From Dehalococcoidia bacterium (GTDB lineage: Bacteria > Chloroflexota > Dehalococcoidia > Lucifugimonadales > G958296245): 64,000 nt of DNA. Within the stretch, counting starts at the first letter, position 1, and the number at the start of each line of letters is the position of its first letter. Of the stretch, positions 1 to 9,000 are shown in pieces. Location: assembly GCA_963664035.2 (NCBI GenBank), contig OY760867.2, positions 3,212,503 through 3,276,502 on the forward strand, in the 5' to 3' direction. The notes under the pieces were generated by a model. The model was given only the letters and a program-made list of their open reading frames with translations. It did not search any database and was not told the origin of the DNA. Position numbers and translations under genes: made by a program.

Positions 1-3000
1 GCGGTATCGCCATGCCGTCGTAGTCCAGCACCGGGTAGTCGTACGCCGCGCCGAAGTCCCACGGGTCGTCCTGGCCCGTCGCGTCGCTGCTGTCGTTGTC
101 GGCGTTGTCGAGGTCGAGGTCCCAGTTGGCGTAGATGGTGCTGGTCGTGGCCGTCGGCGTCTTCAGCTCCGCCGTCGTCTTGCCGGTCCCCTGCCCCGAC
201 GTCGTGATGCCCGACGTCGTCGTGTCCCAGTAGCTGTAGGCGGTGATGCCGGAACCGTGCCTGCCCGTCAGGCCGCCGACGTTGCTGGTGACGGTGCTGA
301 CGCTGGTGGTCGCGCTGGCGGCGATGCCCGTCGAGTAGCTCGCCGTTATCTTGCCGCCGTCCTGCGAGCCCACGAGGCCGCCCGCGTTCAGGGTGGCGGC
401 GCCGCCGGCCGCGGTGGACCTGGCGTTCGCCGCTGAGTAGCTCGACTTTATCTCGCCGCCCTTGTGGTAGCCGACCAGCCCGCCCGCGTGCGCCTCCCCG
501 CCGCTAGTCGCCTTGACGGTCGCGCCGGCCGACCCCCGCGAGTACGAGGCGACGATGTTCGCGGTATCCTGGTAGCCCGCGAGGCCGCCGGCGTAGGACT
601 TGGCGCTCGCGTCGTTGCTGTCCTGGGTCGCCGTCACCGCCGCCCGCGCGTAGCTGGACGTTATCGAGCCGCCAACCTGCTTGCCGACCAGCCCGCCCGC
701 GTGGGGCGGCTTGTCGGTGTTGGAGGACGCGTTCGCCGTGGCCGTCACCGCGCCGGTGACGTACGTATCGACTATCCTGGCCCGGCTGTAGCCCGCCAGC
801 CCGCCAGCATAGACGCCGAGGTCGCCGACGGCGGCCGAGGCGTTGGCGAACGTGACCGAGACGCCCTCCAGCCCCAGGTTGCGCACCACCGCGCTCTGCC
901 CCAGGTCGCCGAAGAGCCCGGCGAACAGCTCGTACCTGTAGCTGCCCGACGAGCCCGTCCGCGCGCCGGAGCGGTTGATGAACAGGTTGGAGATGACGTA
1001 GTCATTGCCCTCGAAGGTCGTGTTGAACGGCGCGCTGCTGGCGTCCGCCGACGTGGAGTCGTGCGCGATGGGCCACCAGCCCTTGCCGCCGTCCCAGTAC
1101 GTGTCGCCGGAGTCCGCGCTGCCGTCGCCGTCCGTGTCGAAGTCCAGGTTCGCCGATAGCTCGTAGCCGCTGCACGTCGGGTTCCCCGTGCCCGCGCTGG
1201 CGATGCTCACCACGCTCTCCCCGCAGCCCATGTTGTCCTCGGCGTCCGGGAACGCCGTAGAGTAGGCCGTCGCGTTCGCGGAGTCGTCCACGACGCCGTT
1301 GCCGTCCAGGTCGTAGCGCATGGCGTTGAGCTGCGCCAGGTTGCTCACCTCTATGAGGCCGTCGTTGTCGGCGTCGTAGTCGCCCGTGCCCGCGACCGCC
1401 GTCGTCGTCTTCGTGTTCGCCGGGTTGGACGGCGCGGAGTCGTCCGTGCCGCCCGTCTTCGTCGCGATGACGCGCACGTAGTACCGCGTGTCCGCCGTCA
1501 GCGCGGGCGTCGGGTCGATCTTGTAGTGCGTCGTGCTCCCGCCCGATACGGTCGCCTCCGACTTGGACGCAAAGGTGCTCGACTTGCTCCACTCCACCTT
1601 GTAGCCTTCCGCGTCGTCCACCGCCGTCCAGTCCGCGCGGAGCTTCGTGCCGTCCGCCGACAGCCTGAGGCCCGTCGGCTTGGCGAGCTCGTCGTCGTCC
1701 TTGATCGTGATCGTCTGCGTGGAGGAGGCGTACACCCACGGCCCAACGGCCGCGCCGTTGAGCGCGAGGGTGACGTCGGAGGCGTCCGTCTTGTCGTTCA
1801 CCGCCGTCAGCGTGACGATGACCGCCGCGGTGGACGACGTGGCGATGGCGCTCGTGGCGGGGTTGAGGGTGTACGCCGCGTTCGAGGGCAGCGTGACCGT
1901 TATCGCCTCGTGCCAGGCCGCGCCCGGGGTCAGCGTCACGGTCGTCGAGTTGACCCGGCTCGGGCTCGTCAGCGCGCGCTCCCATATCGTGAGCGGCGAC
2001 GCCGTGAGCGTCACGACCGCGCGCTGCCTGGAGACGACGTGCGCGCCGAAGTCCAGCACGGGGTACTGCCCAGCCGTGCCGAAGTCCCACGGGTCGTCGT
2101 TGCCGGTCTGGCCGTCCACGTTCACGTCCCAGTTCGCGTATATGCCCGTCTCCGTCGTCGGCGTCTGCAACTCGGCCGTCGTCTTGCCCGTGCCGGAACC
2201 CGTGGCAGTGATGCCCGAGGTCGTCGTGTCCCAGTAGCTGTTCGTGACCGTTGCCGTGGGGCCGGAGCCGCCCACCAGTCCGCCGGTCGTGGCCGTGCCG
2301 CCCGTCGCCGTCGCGCTCACCGCGCCGGTGGAGTAGCTGGCCGTTATGGTCCCCGTGTTCGTCCCCACCAGTCCGCCCACGTCCGCGTTGCGTCCCGCGC
2401 CAGTGACGCCGCCCGACGCGTACGACGCCGTTATCGTCCCGCTGTTATCGGAGACCAAGCCGCCCGCGTAGGCGTTGTTCAAGGGCGTGCTGCCGCTGTC
2501 CGTGCCCCGGTTCGAGGTCGCGCCGCCCCTCGCGTAGCTCGCCGCGATCGTCCCGCCCGCGGCGTTCAGGCCCACCAGCCCGCCAGCGTGCCCCTCGTTC
2601 GCGGAGTGGGCCGTCGCCGTCGCGTCGGCGCGCGAGTAGCTCGCCCGGAGCGTGCCGTCGTTCTGCCCGACCAGGCCGCCCGCGTAGGCCTTCTTCAACG
2701 TGCCCGACCCCGTCCTGTTCGCCGTAACCTCGCCGAGCGACCACGACCCCGTTACCGCGCCCCGGTTGCGCCCCGCCAGCGCGCCGACGTACACCGCGTC
2801 GCCCGTCGTGCTCCCCGTCGCCGAGACGCCCGCCAGCGCGACGTTGTACACCGTCGCGCCCGGCCCGATGACGCCGAACAGCCCCGCGTAGGAGTTCCCC
2901 GACGTCGCGCTCAGGTTCACGTGCAGGTTGCTTATCGTGTACGGCCCGCCGTCGCCGGACGAGTCGGCGTCGGCGTTGCCGTCGAAGTCGCCGGTGTAGG

Positions 3001-6000
3001 CCGTCGTGCCGTCGCCTATCGGCGTCCAGCCCGCGCCGCTGTTCCAGTACGTGTCGCCGGAGTCCGGGCTGCCGTCGCCGTCCGTGTCGAAGTCCAGGTT
3101 GGCGCGAAGCTCGTAGCCGCTGCACGCCGGGTTGCCGGTGTTCGACGCTATGGTGACGACGGACTCGTTGCAGCCCATGTTGTCCTCGGCGTTGGGGAAC
3201 GCCGTGTTATACGACGCTTGGTTCGTCGCGTCGTCCACGACGCCGTCGCCGTCCAGGTCCCAGCGCATGGCGTTTAGCTGCGCGAGGTTGCTCACCTCTA
3301 TGAGGCCGTCGTTGTCGGCGTCGTAGTCGCCCGTGCCCGCGCTCGCCGTCGGCGTCGCGCTCACGACGTTCGACGGCGGCTGGTCCACGCCCGCGCCCTT
3401 CGTCGCTATGACGCGCACGTAGTAGGTAGTGCCCGCCGTCAGCCCGCTCGATATGGTGTGCGTTACCGTGCTGCCGCTCGATATGGTGGCCGAGGAGGGG
3501 CTGCTCCAGTCGGTGGCCGACGTGCTGTTCCACTCCACCGTGTACCCAGTCGCGCCGCTCACCTGCGTCCAGTCCACCTGGATCTTCGTCCCGTCCACCG
3601 ACAGCTTCACGTTCGTCGGCGCGGCGACCTCGTCGTCGTCGTTGATCGTCAGCGTCGGCGCGTCGCCGACGCTCACCCATGGGTCGTCGGTGGCCGCGGT
3701 GATGCTGACCGACTTGTTCACCGCGGTGGACGGGCAGGCCGACGCGCCGCACAGGTAGTTGTTCACCGCCGTCAGCGTGACCGTCGTGGTCGTCGCGCCC
3801 GCCGCGATCGTGCTCGTAGCCGCGCTCAGCGTGTACGAGGCGTCCGCGAGGGGCGTCACCGTCACGTCGTTGTGCCACTCCCCGCTCAGCGTCGCCGTGA
3901 CCGTCGTCACGTTCACCCGGGCCTGCGTGGTCAGCGCGCGCTCCCATATCGTCGTAGGGCTGACGGTGAGCGTCACGCTGGCCCGCTGGGGCGGGATGGT
4001 CAGGTGGTATTGCAGCACCGGGTAGTCGGACGCCGTGCCGAAGTGCCACTGGTCGTCCTTGCCGGTCGCGTCGTTATTGTCCTTGTCGGCGTTGTCGAGG
4101 TCGAACTCCCAGTTGGCGTAGATGCCCGTGAAGCCCGTCGGCGTCTTCAGCTCGCTCGTCGTCTTGCCCGTCCCCTGCCCCGTCGCGGTGATGCCCGACA
4201 CGGTGGTGTCCCAGTAGCTCACGGTCGTCGTGCCGGTGACGTACCGCCCGGTCAGCCCGCCCTTGTTCTCCGTGGGCAATGAGGTTGTGCGCGGGTTTGT
4301 GGAGGGAACGCCGACGGAGTAGCTGGCGGTTATCTTGCCGCCATCCTGCGCCCCCACCAGGCCGCCGGCGTAGAGGTTGTGACTGGTGCCGCCGCTGGCG
4401 GTGGCCGCGGCGTCGGCCTCCGAGTAGCTGGACTTGATTTCGCCGCCCTTGTGGTAGCCGATGAGGCCGCCGGCGTAGGCCGTGCCTGTTCCAAAGGTCT
4501 TCACGTCGGCGGTAGCGGAGCCGCGGGCGTAGGTTGCGACGATATCGCCGCCGTCCTGGTACGCGACCAGCCCGCCGGCGTAGCTGAAGCGCTGGAAGTC
4601 AGAGCCGTGCTGGTTGGCGGTAACGGTGACGCGGGCGTAGCTGGAGATGATGGAGCCGCCCACCTGCCGGCCTATCAACCCGCCGGCGTGGGGGTCTTTG
4701 TCATTGCCGGTGGTGCCCGTGCTCTTGGCCGTGACGCTGCCTGTCACGTAGGTCTTGAATATCTCGCCCGCACTGTAGCCGGCCAGCCCACCCGCGTACA
4801 CCTCGGGGCCGGAGGACCCGGTGATTTCGGAGTTCGTGAAGGTTATGGAGACGTCCTCCACGCCCAGGTTCCTGATTTTCGCGCTGGAACCCAGATCGCC
4901 GAAAAGCCCCGCGAACAGACCGTACCTGTAGTCCTCGGTTTGCGAGCCGGTCCGGCTGCCTGTGCGGTTGATGAACAGGTTGTAGATGACGTAGTTGTTC
5001 CCCTCGAACACGGCGTTGTAGGGGTGGCTGCTGCTGTTGTGAGTTTTGGCCGTATCGGCGATGGGCAGCCAGCCGGCGCCGCTGTTGTAGTAGGTGTCGT
5101 CCGTGCGGTCGCCCGCCGTGTTGTCGTCGAAGTCCAGGTCGCCCGATAGCTCGTAGCCTGTACATGCCGGGTTCCCCGTGTTGTTCGACGCTATCGACAC
5201 CGCCGACTCGTTGCAGCCCATGTTGTCCTCGGCGTTCGGGAAGGCCGCATCGTACTGGGTCGTGTAGTCGTACTCGCCAAGGTTCGTGTCCGTGTAGTCC
5301 CCGTCGTTGTTGTGGTCGTACTTGTCCGCGACGCCGTCGCCGTCCAGGTCGTAGCGGATGGCGTTGAGCTTGGCGAGGCTGTCCACGTCTATCAGGCCGT
5401 CGTTGTCGGCGTCGTAGTCGCCCGTGCCGGCGCTGGCCCTGGTCGTCGCGCTCGCCGTGTCGGACGGCGGCTCGTCCGCGCCGCTCTTGGTCGGCAGCAC
5501 GCGCACGTAGTACGTCGTGTCCGCGGTCAGGCCGCTCGTGATCTTGTGCGTCACCGTGCTGCCGCTCGATATCGTCGCCGTACCGGTGATGCTGCCGGCC
5601 CACGAGTCCGACGTGTTCCACTGGACCTTGTACCCCGTCGCGTCCGTCACGGCCGTCCAGTCCACCTGTATCTTCGTGCCGTCCACGGAGAGCTTGACGC
5701 CCGTCGGCTTGGTCAGCTCGTCGTCGTCGTTGATGGTGATGCTTACGTCCGTGCCCTTGGATACCCACGTCGTGCCCGCCGGGTGCGCGGCCTGCGTGAG
5801 CGCGACGACGGCGTTCGCGGCGTCCGCGAAGTTGTTGACCGCCGTCAGCGTGACCGTCGTGGTCGTCGCGCCCGCCGCGATGGCGCTCGTGGCCGCGCCC
5901 AGCGTGTACACCGCGTTCGTCGGGAAGGTAACCGTCAAGTCGTCGTGCCATGCCGGGTCCAGCGTCGCCGTGACCGTGGCGGCCGTGACGCGGGTCGAGC

Positions 6001-9000
6001 CGCCCGTGTTGGACTCCCATATCGTCGTCGGGCTGACGCTCAGCGTGACGACGGCGCGCTGGACGGACGAGGCCAGGATGCCGTACTTCAGCGTTGGGTA
6101 CTGGTTCGCCGCGCCGAAGTCCCATGCGTCCTGCAGGCCCGCCGCCGTCGTGTCCAGGTCGATGTCCCAGTCCTTATATATGTCGTTCGCGCCCGTGCCG
6201 TAGGCCGTCGGCGCCTGGAGCTGCGCCGTCGTCTTGCCCTCCGGCGAGTTGTTGTCCGAGTCGTCGGCGATGCCGGACGTGTCCGCGTCCCAGTAGGAAT
6301 CGGTGTTCGTGCCGCCCGTGTGGTGGCCCACCAGCCCGCCCGCCTCCAGCGTCCCGTCCCCCGTCGCCGTTGCCGCGCCCGTGGAGAAGGACGCCGTGAC
6401 GTTGGCGACCTGCCAACCCACCAGGCCGCCGACCCTGGCCCGTCCCGTGACGCTTGCGGTTGCGGTGGCGTCGTAGTCGCCGGAGACGTCGCCCCGCGCG
6501 TAGGACGCTCTAATCGGCCCGTTGTTGCGCCCGACCAGGCCGCCCGCGTGGACTCTGCCGTTGTTCTGGGCGACGGTGTTTCCCGACACCGCCCCGCCCG
6601 CGTAGGACGCGGTCACGCTGCCTCCGCTGGCGTGGCCGACGAGACCGCCCACGTTGGTTGCGATGCCGTTCTGCGAGCTCTTGGAATGGGCCGTCACGTC
6701 GGCCAGCGAGTAGCTGGAGACGATGCTGCCGCTTGACCGGCCGACCAGCCCGCCGACGTCGGAATTGAGGTCGCTCGCGGTCAGCGTCACCGGATCCGAG
6801 GACGATTCTCCGGCCCGCACCCGCCCCGTGGTGTAGCTGTCCTCCACCGTCACGCCGGATTCCACATATCCCGCCAGCCCGCCCACGTTCACCTCGCTGC
6901 CCGTCGAGACGTTCAGTGTCACGTCCACGTTCACCAGCGACACGTTCTCGATCGTCTGGCCGGTCCCGTTCAGGTCGGCGAACAGCCCCGCGTAGTTGCC
7001 GCTGCTGCGGTCGATGAACAGGTTGGAGATGGTGTAGGTGTTGCCGTCGAAGTCGCCCGTGTAGTCGCCGCCGCTCACTCCGCCGATGGGGTCCCAGCCC
7101 GCGCCGCCGTTCCAGTAGGTGTCGCCGGAGTCCGCGCCCGCCGGGTTTGCCGCGGAGGTCGCGCTGTTGTTCGTGTTGAAGTCCAGGTCGGCGGTCAGCT
7201 CGTAGCCGGAGCAGGTCGGGTTGCCGGTGTTGTTCGACTGTATGGTCGCGCCGGTCTCCCCGCAGCCCATGTTGTCCTCGGCGTTCGGGAAGGCGGCGTT
7301 GTAGGTGGACGTAGCGGTCTCCGGCGAGCCGTTGCCGTCCAGGTCGTAGCGGATGGCGTTCAGCTTGGCGAGGCTGTCCACGTCTATCAGGCCGTCGTTG
7401 TCGACGTCGTAGTCCACGTCGCCGGTGGTGGGCGTGACGCTCGCGGAGTCGGACGGCGCGGAGTCGTCGTAGCCCGTCTTGTTGGCCGTGACGCGGAAGT
7501 AGTAGGTCGTGCCGCTCGTAAGGCCCGTCGTTACCTTGTGGGAGTTGGTCGACGATGTGCCCGACGACGGCGTGCCCGTGAAGGTGGAGGAGGTGCTCCA
7601 CTCGATCGTGTAGCCCGTCGCTTCGCTCACCGCCGTCCAGTCCACCTGCACCTTGGTCCCGTCCACGGAGAGCCTGACGCCGGTGGGCTTGGCCAGGATG
7701 TCCTCGTCCTTTATGGTGATGGCCGGCACGCTGGAATCCTGCCGCAGGTGGCTGGACGTCGGCGAGAGGTTCAGCGTCAGGTCCGCCGCGTCCACCTTGT
7801 TGTTCACCGCCGTCAGCGTTACGCCCGCGGCCGTGGTGGTGCCGGCGGGGATGGTAAGCTCCGTCGCGCTGAGGGTGTAGGCGGCCGTCGGCGTTGGGAA
7901 GGTGTACTCCAGGTCGGTCTTCCACTCGCCGGAGAGCGTGGGCGTGATGGTGGTGGAGGTGACGGGCGACGCGCCGCAGACAGCGGTGTCGGTGCCCTTG
8001 GAGCTTTCGCAGAGGGTGGCATTGGCGACGGCCCAGGTTACGGTCGGCACGGATTGCAGCAGCACGTAGGGCAGCGTCCGCACGTGCAGCACCGGGTACT
8101 GCGTGGCCGTGCCGAAGTCCCACGGGTTGTCGTTGCCCGTGACCCCGTCCACGTTCACGTTCCAGTTGGCGTAGAGGCCGGTCGGGTAGTTCGGCAGCGA
8201 CTTCTGCGCTTCCGTCGGCGTCTGCAATTCGCTGGTGGTCTTCCCCTCCGGCGCGGCGGTGTCGGCGTCGTCCGCGATGCCCGTGGTGTCGGTGTCCCAG
8301 TACAATTCGCTGACCGTGCCGGAGTTGCTGCCCACCGAGCCGCCGATGTTGTTCGTGCCGGAGTCGTCGCCCGTTACACCCCCTATCGAGTGGCCCACAG
8401 TGATGGTGGAGCCGGGCCCGTTGTAGCCCACCAGCCCGCCGGCGTTCACCGTGCCTACCGCGCTCGCCGACACGTCGCCCGTCGAGTACACCGCCCGCAA
8501 GGTCCCGGTACTCTCGTTGCGGCCCACCAGCCCGCCGGCGTCAGCGTCGCTGGACGAATTCGTGCTGCCCGTTGCCGTCACGTCCCCCGTCGCGTAGCTC
8601 GCCTCGACGGTGCCGACATTGTTCCAGGCGACGAAACCTCCCGCGTATGCGTCGGCCGCGGCGCTCCCTGACACGGTCGCCGTCACCGTCGCCCCGGAGT
8701 AGCTCTTCCGTACCGTTCCGCCGAGGTTGTTGCCGATGAACCCGCCTGCGTAGGCCCTGGCGCCGGAGCCGCCGCCGCTGGTGGCGCTTATCGAGCCGCT
8801 CACGTACGAGTCGGTGATCAGCCCCTGGTTGTTGTTGGCCACCAGCGCTCCCGCGAAAGCGCCGTCCGCGGTCGAAACGCACGTTACGGATACGTTCGAC
8901 GTGTACAGGTTTCGCAGCTCGGCGCCAGTGCCGGAGCCGCTGTCGTACAGGGTATTGATCAAGCCGCAAAAGGTTGACACAGAGCCGCTCCGGTTGATGT